Shown here: positions 19,020-28,123 of the stretch, in pieces
Layout of the letters: each line of letters starts with the position of its first letter
Position numbering within the stretch: the stretch's first letter is position 1
Notes under the pieces: model-generated
Databases searched by the model: none
Told to the model about the DNA's origin: nothing
Seen by the model: only the letters and a program-made list of their open reading frames with translations
Position numbers and translations under genes: made by a program
Origin: Parcubacteria bacterium C7867-001
GTDB lineage: Bacteria; Patescibacteriota; Minisyncoccia; Phycocordibacterales; Phycocordibacteraceae
DNA length: 64,000 nt
Direction of reading: 5' to 3'
Assembly: GCA_001189095.1 (NCBI GenBank)
Contig: LFCK01000001.1
Coordinates: forward strand, 149,251-213,250

Positions 19020-20246
19020 ATGGACCTTCCCGAAAATCAACGAGGACCGTATGCTCTAGGTATGTTTTCTCGCTCTCGCGTGTATCTCGATTGGGCCGCA
19101 GCGGCTCCTGTGCATCCTCATGCACGGGAAGCCTTTTCCTATGCGCTGGCGTCATTCGGGAACCCATCTTCGCCCCATGCGGAAGGCCGCGCAGCACGCG
19201 CGATACTTGAGAAGGCTCGCGCAGATATTGCGCTTCTCACGCAGGTAAAGCCCGAGGCGGTTCTTTTCACCTCCGGAGCCACCGAAGCAAATGCACTTGC
19301 TGTAGAAGGATATATTCGGGCTCTCGTGAATAAAGGGCGAGCTCTGAAAGATATGCATGTTCTGTATCTCCCGACCGCGCATGCGTCCGTATATGAGCTC
19401 ATGCAGCGCCTTGCGAAGGATGGGGTGAAAACGGAAACGATTGCCTATAAGAACGGTGCGATAGAGATGGACGCATTTCGTGCGCAGATCCGCCCAGAAA
19501 CGGTTCTGGTGTCGATAGAGGTTATTGCAGGAGAAACCGGCGTACGCACCTCAACGCGACTCGTTCGTCAGGTACTCGATGAGGCACACAAGGAGGGAAG
19601 GGAACGAATTGTGCTTCATGCTGACGCTTCGCAACTTCCACTGATTGAATCCATCGAGCGGACCCGACTCGCCTGCGATCTTATGACGCTCGATGCCGCA
19701 AAGGTTGGTGGCGTCCGCGGCATCGGTGCTCTCATTGCTCCCGTGACAATTCCGCTCGCGCCGATAATCGAGGGTGGGCGACAAGAACGAGAAGTGCGCT
19801 CGGGGACGCAAGTACCAGCGCTCGCTGCTGCATTCGCTATGGCGCTCAAGTGCACCGCGAAGACATGTGAATCATTTGCGGAGAGTGCGCGCGCAGCGCG
19901 CGCAAAGCTCGTCGAAAAGCTCCTCGCGTTTTCCGACGCAGTAGTAAACGAAGGGAAGGAGCAGGCTCCACATATTTTGAATGTATCGTTCCCGAATATC
20001 GATACTGATTATTTGGTCGCGCTTCTTGATGCCAAAGGCTTTTCGGTGTCGACCAAGAGCGCGTGCGAAACGGACGCTGTCGGGTCTCGCGTCGTCCTTG
20101 CCGAAACTGCTGATGAAAAGCTCGCCGCGTCCACCCTGCGCATTTCATGGGGCCCCTCGACGCGTCCGCAGGACCTCGAACGCTTCCAAAAGGCGCTGGC
20201 TGCTGAGCTCGATTTTCTGCATAAAAACCGTATAATGGCCTCATGA
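19020..20246 (+). CDS. Cysteine desulfurase (class V aminotransferase, IscS/NifS/SufS-like)
   Basis: AAGGAG SD at 19007-19012, ATG at 19020. ~408 aa. Sequence runs FTSGATEANALAVEG ... HADASQLPLI ... SGTQVPALAAAFAMAL, ending ILNVSFPNID...ACETDAV. Confidence 0.8.
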   Translation: MDLPENQRGPYALGMFSRSRVYLDWAAAAPVHPHAREAFSYALASFGNPSSPHAEGRAARAILEKARADIALLTQVKPEAVLFTSGATEANALAVEGYIRALVNKGRALKDMHVLYLPTAHASVYELMQRLAKDGVKTETIAYKNGAIEMDAFRAQIRPETVLVSIEVIAGETGVRTSTRLVRQVLDEAHKEGRERIVLHADASQLPLIESIERTRLACDLMTLDAAKVGGVRGIGALIAPVTIPLAPIIEGGRQEREVRSGTQVPALAAAFAMALKCTAKTCESFAESARAARAKLVEKLLAFSDAVVNEGKEQAPHILNVSFPNIDTDYLVALLDAKGFSVSTKSACETDAVGSRVVLAETADEKLAASTLRISWGPSTRPQDLERFQKALAAELDFLHKNRIMAS

Positions 20247-20980
20247 ATATAGAAGAACTCTCAAACACCCAGCTCCTTCTCCTCACGGTTCTCGTAAATT
20301 TCGTGGTCGCCATAGCGACCGGTGTTCTCACGGTGTCTTTCCTTGATCAGGCGCCGGCAACCGTAACTCAGACCGTGAACCAGATTGTCGATCACACCAT
20401 CGAGACCGTCACGCAGCAGGTTCCGGGTGTTGCAACGCCAACACCGTCTGCTGAAGACCAGCTCACGGGCGCTATCGCTGCTGCTGCAGCGCGCACCGTG
20501 AAGGTCCATCAGGAAAGTACGACCACACCAGCACTTGCGACCGGCGTCTATCTTCCGAAATCGCGCGCCATCGCAACGCTTATGGGCAAATCACTCCCGA
20601 AGGAAGTCATCGTCGAGTTTGCGGACGGTTCCTCCGCGCCAGCGTCGCTCTCACGCACAAACGAGAACATTGCAATTTACGGCTTCTCCGATTCCGCGAA
20701 ACTTTATGATGCTCCAGCCGCATCTCCTATCCCGCTCACGAGTCTCAAGGCAGGGCAGACCATCATCGCGCTTACGTCAGACGACAGCGTGGCGACCGGC
20801 ATCATCTCGAAGATAAGTGCGACGGGCATTTATACGAGCCTCTCCTCTCCTACGCCGGGCACTGGTGCGGTAAACATCTCCGGCAGTCTCGTTGGCATCG
20901 GAAGCGCGACCGCAGGAGTCTTCATTACCGCCGATCAGATTATCAGTCTTCTTTCCGCAACCAGTTCGCCGAATCAGTAA
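20243..20980 (+). CDS. Hypothetical membrane-anchored protein (245 aa, Ala/Thr/Ser-rich ectodomain)
   Basis: ATGA start/stop overlap with the desulfurase gene. N-terminal TM helix (LLLLTVLVNFVVAIATGVLTV). Confidence 0.55.
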   Translation: MNIEELSNTQLLLLTVLVNFVVAIATGVLTVSFLDQAPATVTQTVNQIVDHTIETVTQQVPGVATPTPSAEDQLTGAIAAAAARTVKVHQESTTTPALATGVYLPKSRAIATLMGKSLPKEVIVEFADGSSAPASLSRTNENIAIYGFSDSAKLYDAPAASPIPLTSLKAGQTIIALTSDDSVATGIISKISATGIYTSLSSPTPGTGAVNISGSLVGIGSATAGVFITADQIISLLSATSSPNQ

Positions 20981-21014
20981 GTTCACGTAATTATCAGCGT
21001 CATCTCTTCTAGCT

Positions 21015-23705
21015 ATGCCGCCATTCAAGAACTTCACCACCAAAGCAAAGGAAGCAATACGAAAAGCTCACGAGCTCGCTATTGAGCGCGGCCAGAATCA
21101 TGTCTCGCCGCTTCATCTTCTTACCGCACTCATCCATCAGGAGGAGTCGTTGGTTTTCTCTGTGCTTGATCGCATGGACATCGACGTCATGCTCCTTTCC
21201 GATACGCTCCTTGAGATTCTCGAGACGCCGGAAACTTCCTCTGTGCTTTCGCCGAGTTACCAGCTCTACCTCACGCCGGATCTCGCTGCAGCGCTTGAAG
21301 CTTCAGGAAAAGTCGCAGCGCGCCTTAATGATCCGTTTGTCGGTACCGAGCATTTGTTTGTCGCAACGCTTGAGCATCCAGGGCCGGCAGGAGATGCACT
21401 CGCTCGTTTCAAAATTGATCCGGAGACCGTCGTTTCTGTGCTTCGCGAACTGAAGAATACGAAAGACGGACAGGTGGTCGAGCCAAAGCGTTTCCGCACG
21501 CTCGCAAAATATACGAGGAATCTTACTAAGCTTGCGTCTGAGAACGCACTTGATCCGGTCATTGGCCGCGATCAGGAAATACATCGCGTCATCCAGATCC
21601 TTTCGCGCCGCACGAAGAATAATCCCGTGCTCATCGGTGAACCGGGCGTTGGTAAGACCGCTATCGCGGAGGGAATGGCGCAGCGCATCGCTTCGGGTGA
21701 CGTGCCGAGCTCGCTCAAGGGCAAAGAGCTTCTTTCGCTCGACTTGGGTCTCATGATTGCAGGAACGAAATATCGCGGCGAGTTCGAGGAACGCATGAAG
21801 AGCGTTATGAAGGAAGTCGAGCGCGGCGAAGGAAAGATAATTCTCTTCATCGACGAGCTCCACACACTCATCGGCGCTGGCGCCGCAGAGGGTGCGATGG
21901 ATGCTTCGAACATGCTCAAGCCGGCGCTTGCGCGCGGCGAGTTCCGCATGATTGGCGCAACAACGCTCAAGGAATACCAGCAGCACATCGAAAAGGATGG
22001 TGCGCTCACGCGCCGCTTCCAGCCGGTCTATGTCGAAGAGCCTTCGGTCGAAGACGCGATTGCGATTCTTCGCGGGCTCCGCGACAAATACGAGCTTTTC
22101 CATGGCATTCGCATCACGGACGGTGCTATTGTTTCTGCCGTCGAGCTTTCTGCTCGCTATATTTCCGATCGTTATCTTCCCGACAAAGCAATAGACTTAA
22201 TCGATGAAGCGGGATCCGGTCTGCGCATCGCGCTTGAGAATAAGCCGACGCTCCTCGAAGAGTCTGATCGCAAGATCCGACGCCTTGAGATTGAGCGCGA
22301 AGCGCTCAAGAAGGATGCTGAGAGCGCAGCTGAAACCACGGTGCGTGGTAAAGAGATTCGTGATCGTGTGCAAGCGATTGACGAAGAGGTCGCCGATTTG
22401 CGTGAGAAGACCTCGGAGCTCGAACTTAAATGGAAAAACGAAAAGGAGGTACTTGAAAGCATTCGAACCATAAAAACGGAACTCGATAAATTGCGCGTTC
22501 AGGCAGAAAATGCGGAAGCGATTGCGGACCTTGGAACAACCGCAGAAATCCGCTACGGCAAGATTCCGCTCCTCCAAAAAGAGCTCGAAACAAAGATGAA
22601 GCGCTTGAAGACGCTGCAGAAGTCGCGTCGCGTTTTGCATGAAGAGGTGACTGAGCACGAGATTGCGAGCGTCGTTTCTCGGTGGACCGGTATCCCCGTC
22701 AACAAAATGATTGAAGAGGAAGCGGCTAAGCTCTCTCGCATGGAAGAGGCGCTCAAGTCCGCGGTGGTCGGCCAAGATGCTGCAGTGAAAATTGTTTCGG
22801 ACGCAGTGAAGCGTTCTCGTGTCGGCATTAGCGATCCGAACAAACCAATCGGCTCCTTCCTTTTCCTCGGACCAACGGGTGTCGGTAAGACAGAGCTTTC
22901 CCGAAAACTTGCGGAGTTTATGTTTAACGATGCTGATGCGCTCGTTCGCGTCGACATGTCGGAGTTCATGGAGAAACACTCGGTCGCAAAATTGATCGGC
23001 GCGCCTCCGGGCTACGTGGGCTATGAAGAGGCAGGAAGCCTTACGGAGCGTATCCGCCATCGCCCGTACGCGGTCATTCTCTTCGATGAAATCGAGAAAG
23101 CGCATCCGGAAGTATTCAACATTCTCCTGCAGGTACTCGACTCCGGTCATCTTACGGACGGTAAGGGACGCAAGGTGAATTTCAAGAACACCATCGTGGT
23201 ACTCACGAGCAACATCGGTTCTGAGTTTATCGACCGCATGTCCGGAATCGGATTCACGAGCTCGGCGAGCGCCGATGCGGACCAGTATGAGGCGACAAAG
23301 GAGAAGGTCATGAAAGCGCTTAAGGATCACTTCCGTCCAGAATTCCTCAATCGTCTCGACGACACAATAATCTTCGACGTGCTCTCCAAGGAGACGTTGA
23401 TTAAGATCGTCGATACTCAAGTTGCTGATGTGGTGAAGCGTCTTGCCGACAAGCGCATCGTTCTCACGCTCACGGATGAGGTGAAGTTGTGGCTTGCCGA
23501 CAAGGGATACAACCCACAGTACGGCGCACGACCGCTCAAGCGCGCGATTCAGGACAAAATCCTCACCCCAATAGCGACCCTTATGGTGGGTCAAGGCGTC
23601 ATGGAGGGCGGTGCCGTGAATGTCTCCATAAAGGCCGGAGAGCCTCATTTTGACGTCAAAAAGAGCGTTTCTCGGGTCCGAAAAGCTCCGAGCGTTACGG
23701 TTTAG
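21015..23705 (+). CDS. clpB: ATP-dependent chaperone ClpB
   Basis: Clp N-domain repeats, two AAA+ modules (GEPGVGKTAIAEGMAQRI; GPTGVGKTELSRKLA), a long coiled-coil M-domain between them, and C-terminal GARPLKRAIQ. 896 aa. Confidence 0.95.
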   Translation: MPPFKNFTTKAKEAIRKAHELAIERGQNHVSPLHLLTALIHQEESLVFSVLDRMDIDVMLLSDTLLEILETPETSSVLSPSYQLYLTPDLAAALEASGKVAARLNDPFVGTEHLFVATLEHPGPAGDALARFKIDPETVVSVLRELKNTKDGQVVEPKRFRTLAKYTRNLTKLASENALDPVIGRDQEIHRVIQILSRRTKNNPVLIGEPGVGKTAIAEGMAQRIASGDVPSSLKGKELLSLDLGLMIAGTKYRGEFEERMKSVMKEVERGEGKIILFIDELHTLIGAGAAEGAMDASNMLKPALARGEFRMIGATTLKEYQQHIEKDGALTRRFQPVYVEEPSVEDAIAILRGLRDKYELFHGIRITDGAIVSAVELSARYISDRYLPDKAIDLIDEAGSGLRIALENKPTLLEESDRKIRRLEIEREALKKDAESAAETTVRGKEIRDRVQAIDEEVADLREKTSELELKWKNEKEVLESIRTIKTELDKLRVQAENAEAIADLGTTAEIRYGKIPLLQKELETKMKRLKTLQKSRRVLHEEVTEHEIASVVSRWTGIPVNKMIEEEAAKLSRMEEALKSAVVGQDAAVKIVSDAVKRSRVGISDPNKPIGSFLFLGPTGVGKTELSRKLAEFMFNDADALVRVDMSEFMEKHSVAKLIGAPPGYVGYEEAGSLTERIRHRPYAVILFDEIEKAHPEVFNILLQVLDSGHLTDGKGRKVNFKNTIVVLTSNIGSEFIDRMSGIGFTSSASADADQYEATKEKVMKALKDHFRPEFLNRLDDTIIFDVLSKETLIKIVDTQVADVVKRLADKRIVLTLTDEVKLWLADKGYNPQYGARPLKRAIQDKILTPIATLMVGQGVMEGGAVNVSIKAGEPHFDVKKSVSRVRKAPSVTV

Positions 23706-23832
23706 CGGGGTACGCCATATCGCCCTGCGAGTCCTCACCAACGAGACTTGTAATGGTTGCGGGCTCTCGGTCGATATGGCGTATCCCGCTCCGTTGCAGG
23801 AATTGGGCGGATTTGGTAGGGTATTCCTACAT

Positions 23833-23988
23833 ATGTCACAGGACCACCTCATACGCCTCAAGTCGACCAAGTCAACGACGGTCTACTTCACTCGCAAGAA
23901 CCGCAAGAAGGTCGAGCGTAAGATCGAGCTCAAGAAATACGATCCGGTTACCCGCAAGCACGAGGTTTTCAAGGAAGCGAAGAAATAA
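23833..23988 (+). CDS. rpmG: 50S ribosomal protein L33
   Basis: 51 aa MSQDHLIRLKSTKSTTVYFTRKNRKKVERKIELKKYDPVTRKHEVFKEAKK. The C-terminal half parallels E. coli L33 (...ELKKFDPVVRQHVIYKEAK). Hairpin terminator at 24000-24022. Confidence 0.8.
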   Translation: MSQDHLIRLKSTKSTTVYFTRKNRKKVERKIELKKYDPVTRKHEVFKEAKK

Positions 23989-24095
23989 AAGAAAAGCCGC
24001 CCACAGGGCGGTTTTTCTTTAAGTGACAAAAGGAAGGCGTCGTGTCAGTATCGGACCTAGCCGTTCATTACTTACGGCAGAAAGAGGAGGCAGAA

Positions 24096-24410
24096 ATGTC
24101 CTACAACGTTGCTCTCCGTTATACGGAGAAGGCTGGCGGGTACGCTGGTGTGATTTTCTGGAGCAGCTATCCCTCGAAGGAGGCGCTCCATGAATTCATC
24201 GGCTCTCAAGAAAAACTCGAAATTGTCGAAGAAGGCATCACCGAAGAGCTCGCTACTGCGCTCACGCGGCAAACGCCCTCTCGCAGCTACGCGAATGCGG
24301 CGCTCGCAGCCGCGACCGACCCTGAGACCGGCGAAGTCAATCCCGACCTGCTCGAACATGAAATGAGCAAGGCGGTGTTCGGCATTCGTCTTGCTGCACA
24401 GTCGGCGTAA
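24096..24410 (+). CDS. Hypothetical protein (104 aa)
   Basis: AGGAGG SD 6 nt upstream of the ATG at 24096. The longer frame from 24042 lacks an SD. Confidence 0.45.
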   Translation: MSYNVALRYTEKAGGYAGVIFWSSYPSKEALHEFIGSQEKLEIVEEGITEELATALTRQTPSRSYANAALAAATDPETGEVNPDLLEHEMSKAVFGIRLAAQSA

Positions 24411-24436
24411 TAATCCGCTTGGTAATGGAGGACGAA

Positions 24437-24610
24437 ATGTCTGAGAAACGGAAACTCGTTAAAGGAGATCCGGAGCGCTTCAAGAAGTTCTGGCCTTCGG
24501 GCCGGCCGCAGATGCCAGTGGGGTACAACGCTCCTCTCGATACTCGGCCGACGATTCAGATCATCCGCGAACGCGATGAAGCCGATGCGGCCGCTGGCCG
24601 TACGTGGTAA
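24437..24610 (+). CDS. Hypothetical small protein (57 aa)
   Basis: GGAGG SD upstream. Terminator hairpin aagccgctccc ttt gggagcggctt at 24613-24640. Confidence 0.4.
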   Translation: MSEKRKLVKGDPERFKKFWPSGRPQMPVGYNAPLDTRPTIQIIRERDEADAAAGRTW

Positions 24611-24654
24611 ATGCTAAGCCGCTCCCTTTGGGAGCGGCTTTGGATTTTGTAATG

Positions 24655-24806
24655 ATGCGGGCCCACGAGGACCGCGAGTACGCGTATCGGTCCTTACAGG
24701 ACCTGTACACGTTGCGGATATTTCAGTTCGCCTCACTCCTGAAATATGCTCGCAACATTTTCGATTCCTCGACGCAGACGCCCCGCGTCTGCGTGGGCCC
24801 GCATGC
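24655..24806. repeat. Hairpin-rich ~150-nt element closed by inverted copies of the tRNA-Trp 3' end
   Basis: gcgggcccacgagg at 24659-24672 and tcgattcctcg[22-nt palindromic insert]tgggcccgc at 24764-24806. Both match the T-arm/acceptor 3' segment of the adjacent tRNA-Trp. At least three internal hairpins lie between them. Confidence 0.5.
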
Positions 24807-24835
24807 AAAAACCGCCTTGCGGCGGCTTTGCAGTG

Positions 24836-24906
24836 CGGGCCCACGAGGAATCGAACCTCGGCCGACGGTTTTGGAGACCGACGTTCTACCATTAAACTAT
24901 AGGCCC
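24836..24906 (-). tRNA. tRNA-Trp (anticodon CCA)
   Basis: Acceptor gggccta/tgggccc. Anticodon loop ctccaaa. T-loop ggttcgattcc. Hairpin plus T5 terminator downstream on the minus strand (24808-24832). Confidence 0.85.
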
Positions 24907-24982
24907 AATATCACGCAGGGTAACAGATATGAGGCTGGGGGAAAAGCGCCTTCGAGAGGCCTCCTCGACGTATACTAGGGGT

Positions 24983-25945
24983 ATGAACTTCGTCAAAACG
25001 GCGATTCCAGTGCTTTTTGTTGCGGTCGCCCTTATCCTCCCGCAGGTATCTTTTGCGGCTGCGACCTTCTTCGATCCTATTATCCCGCCGGAATGCCATT
25101 GCGAGCAGTCGGCGCCTGATTTCGGTTGCGTGATGCAGATAATCCAGAATGTGATGAATTTTGGTGTTTCTATTTCGGTTATCGCCGTAACGCTGGCGCT
25201 CGCGTACGGAGGCATTTTGTGGATTTTGAGCCCAGTGAATCCTCAGAACCGAGAAATCGCGAAAACAGCTCTCCTCAATTCAGTTATCGGTATTGTCATT
25301 GTGCTCGGAGCGTGGCTTATCGTGGACTTCGTCATGAAGACCTTTTATGGTGGCCAATTCGGGCCGTGGAATGAAATCATTATGTCTGAGGAGGGGACTC
25401 AGTGTCTTCAAGTGAAGAAGCCTGCAGCGCCGGCAGGAACTACAACGGATGGAAAGCCAACCGACGGGGGACTCGGTACGACTGAGAACCCGAAGCCTCA
25501 GACAGGTCCTTCAGGTTCCGATAAGAAGTGGGAAGATTTCTTCTCATTCGACTCTTCGGCCATTAAAGCAGGAGCAGGAGCAATTTCTGGATCGCTCGAT
25601 ACAATGTTGGGCTGCATGGTACCAAAACTTCCTGCTGGAGTGGGCCGTATCTCTGCACTCACCGACAGTTACGTGCAAACGGATTCAACGAAAATTGCAC
25701 ACTGTGCGAAAGTTGGTAAAGAAGGAGATTCAAGCTGTAAGCATACATGGGCTTCCTGCCATTACGGCGGTAAGACGTGTGGCGAATCATATGCAGTCGA
25801 TTTCGGAGATGAAGAAAATTCAAGTAAGTTGATTGCCGCTGCAAAAGCGTGCGGAGCTTCTCGAGCAGTCGTAGAAAATGGAAATCACGTTCACGTTGCT
25901 ATGCCTAACCAATGCGGAGGACAGAAGAGTAATTCTTGTCAGTAG
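24983..25945 (+). CDS. T4SS-pilin-like domain protein with Gly/Thr linker and Cys-rich C-terminal domain (possible M15/VanY-like peptidase)
   Basis: Signal peptide MNFVKTAIPVLFVAVALILPQVSFA. Pilin-like two-helix core VIAVTLALAYGGILWILSPVNPQNREIAKTALLNSVIGIVIVLGAWLIV. C-terminal SCHYGGKTCGESYAVDFGD ... NGNHVHVA resembles the H..D / H.H zinc ligands of LAS/M15 peptidases (weak). Confidence 0.55.
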   Translation: MNFVKTAIPVLFVAVALILPQVSFAAATFFDPIIPPECHCEQSAPDFGCVMQIIQNVMNFGVSISVIAVTLALAYGGILWILSPVNPQNREIAKTALLNSVIGIVIVLGAWLIVDFVMKTFYGGQFGPWNEIIMSEEGTQCLQVKKPAAPAGTTTDGKPTDGGLGTTENPKPQTGPSGSDKKWEDFFSFDSSAIKAGAGAISGSLDTMLGCMVPKLPAGVGRISALTDSYVQTDSTKIAHCAKVGKEGDSSCKHTWASCHYGGKTCGESYAVDFGDEENSSKLIAAAKACGASRAVVENGNHVHVAMPNQCGGQKSNSCQ

Positions 25946-25946
25946 T

Positions 25947-26771
25947 CTACAAAGAAAGTTTTCGAATCCATTTCTTCTGATGCTTGGCGTACTGCCAGAG
26001 CTTTGCCGTTAAGGCAGGGATAAGGGAGTCTTCGCTGCGCTCTCCGCGTAGAAATTCTCCAACAATTCGGTATTCAAGGCCGAGTTCGTTCAAACGCGCG
26101 TCGCCGTAGGTGGCGCGCGTCCGCTCCACTTCAGTGATAAGGCCCTTTGAAAACGCATTCTTGAGCCGTGCCTCGAGACGAGGAAGCAGTTCTTCCTTCG
26201 GCGGGTCGATAACAATCCACTCGATTTCGTAGTTCTCATTCTTTACGCGTTTTGGCACCGGACCTTTTGTCTCGATGATTTCAAGCGCACGAATGAGGCG
26301 ACGGCGATTATTCGGATCGAGTTCGGCTGCTCGCTCGGGATCCTTTTCCTCTATCCGTGCGTACAGTTCCTCGTTCGAGAGCGGTTCGAATGATGCTCGT
26401 AGCTCCGGACTCGCTGGTGTTTCCTGAGGAATGCCGTTCAAAAGTGCATCGAAATAAAAATGCGTCCCCCCAGCGAGAATAGGCAGCTTTCCGCGTGAGG
26501 AAATCTCTTCAATAAGTCGCTGCGCATCAACAACAAAATCTCCTGCGCTATATATCTCGTCAACATTCCTGATATCGATAAGATGGTGGGGAATACCGTC
26601 CATATCCTCCCCAGTCATCTTTTCGGTGCCAATATCGAGTCCTCGGTACACTTGTCGACTGTCGACGGAGATAATTTCACCATTCCGAGCGAGTGCTTCC
26701 TCGACAGCGCGTGCGGATTTGCCCGAACCAGTCGGGCCAATAATGGCTAAAATCTTCACTTTCCCCCTCAT
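25947..26771 (-). CDS. miaA: tRNA dimethylallyltransferase
   Basis: P-loop IIGPTGSGKS and MiaA signature ISVDSRQVYRGLDIGTEKMT. 274 aa. Confidence 0.85.
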   Translation of the reverse strand: MRGKVKILAIIGPTGSGKSARAVEEALARNGEIISVDSRQVYRGLDIGTEKMTGEDMDGIPHHLIDIRNVDEIYSAGDFVVDAQRLIEEISSRGKLPILAGGTHFYFDALLNGIPQETPASPELRASFEPLSNEELYARIEEKDPERAAELDPNNRRRLIRALEIIETKGPVPKRVKNENYEIEWIVIDPPKEELLPRLEARLKNAFSKGLITEVERTRATYGDARLNELGLEYRIVGEFLRGERSEDSLIPALTAKLWQYAKHQKKWIRKLSL

Positions 26772-26823
26772 GGCTCGGATGCTATCATGCGCAAATCATC
26801 TTTGTTAGCCTAATCCCATCCTC

Positions 26824-27489
26824 ATGAACAAGCACGGAACCAAAAGCAACTACTGTGAGCACTGCGGCGACTTCCACGACTCAGCGAAGGAGTTCATTTC
26901 CTCAGTGAAGGTCGGGGAGACTATTCCAGACTACGAGTTCGAAGCGTATCAGGCGGACGATACGAAGACGATGAAGTTCTCTGATTTTCAGGGGAAGTGG
27001 CTCATCGTCATGTTCTACCCAGCGGACTTCACCTTTGTCTGCCCAACCGAACTTGAGGAGATGGCGAAACTCTATCCGAAATTCAAGGAACTAAGCGCGG
27101 AAGTCGTGACGTTCTCATCGGATACCGTTTTCACGCATAAGGCATGGCACGACACTTCGGAAGCTATCAAGAAAATAGAATTTCCGATGGGTGCGGATCC
27201 ATCCGGTAAAATCTCCTACGCTTTCGGCGTACTTATCGAGGGGGGCGAAAGCGCGCTCACGCCGGATGAGGGTCAGCCGATGCGCGGTACGTTCATCGTC
27301 GATCCTGCAGGCGTTCTTCGCACGATGGAAATTCATCACAACTCAATCGGCCGCTCAGCGAAGGAAACGCTCCGCAAACTTCAGGCCGCACAGTTTGTTG
27401 ACGCGCATGGCGACAAGGTATGCCCAGCTTCTTGGGAACCGGGGGACGACACGCTTGAGCCCGGCATGGACTTGGTAGGAAAGATATAA
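26824..27489 (+). CDS. Peroxiredoxin (AhpC/TSA family) with N-terminal CxxC extension
   Basis: Peroxidatic Cys motif DFTFVCPTEL. N-terminal YCEHCGDF zinc-ribbon-like extension. Confidence 0.85.
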   Translation: MNKHGTKSNYCEHCGDFHDSAKEFISSVKVGETIPDYEFEAYQADDTKTMKFSDFQGKWLIVMFYPADFTFVCPTELEEMAKLYPKFKELSAEVVTFSSDTVFTHKAWHDTSEAIKKIEFPMGADPSGKISYAFGVLIEGGESALTPDEGQPMRGTFIVDPAGVLRTMEIHHNSIGRSAKETLRKLQAAQFVDAHGDKVCPASWEPGDDTLEPGMDLVGKI

Positions 27490-27529
27490 GAAAAAAGCCG
27501 CGCCATAAGGCGCGGCTTCGGGTTTAGCG

Positions 27530-28003
27530 TTACAGGCTAAGCCAGCTGTATCGCAAAAGCCCAGCGAATCGTTCGGTGTCGTCCAGAAGAACTTGCTCGT
27601 TCGGCTGCAGCTCGTCGGGGAGCTCAGTGATGCTCGTTGAGAGCACGACCTCGATGGCGGCCTTTTCGCTTTCCACAAAGTTCAGTCTCGTGACGACCTC
27701 CTTGAGGAATGCTTTCGAGTAAATCGGCACTCGAATGACCGCGGTGCCGTCGTCGCTGCTGAAGATAACGTGCCCGTGCGGGCTGTCTTCTTTGCAGTCG
27801 ATCTTCCAGCTCGTATCAATCTTATACGAGCCTTCGCATTTTTTGCAGAAACCTGCGTGCAGCGGAAAATGATCGTTTCGCTGCAGTAGCTTCTTTTTGA
27901 GTGTCAATCCCTCGGTGGGATTTTCTGGATTCACCAAGTACATTCGCGCCCCGAGGTAATTCCAAGGGTAGTCGATACGCCAGCCGGTCTTTGTCTGCGG
28001 CAT
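27530..28003 (-). CDS. Hypothetical protein with CxxC zinc-ribbon-like motif (157 aa)
   Basis: AAGGAG SD upstream of MPQTKTGW. GFCKKCEGSY plus distal Cys/His residues. Bidirectional terminator at 27494-27520. Confidence 0.5.
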   Translation of the reverse strand: MPQTKTGWRIDYPWNYLGARMYLVNPENPTEGLTLKKKLLQRNDHFPLHAGFCKKCEGSYKIDTSWKIDCKEDSPHGHVIFSSDDGTAVIRVPIYSKAFLKEVVTRLNFVESEKAAIEVVLSTSITELPDELQPNEQVLLDDTERFAGLLRYSWLSL

Positions 28004-28123
28004 GGTATGTCTCCTTGCTGGGGGAACAATTTCCCTGAGGCAATTCATACTACAAAGCGACAGACTCCACAACGCGATACTTTCTATAAAAAGGACGCCT
28101 CGGCAGAGTCGAGGCGTTTTGAT

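Noticed and set aside
22197-23870. 557-aa minus-strand ORF (and 21303-22103, 266 aa) antisense to clpB
   Set aside because: Same reasoning: antisense to ClpB, Arg-rich, no signals.
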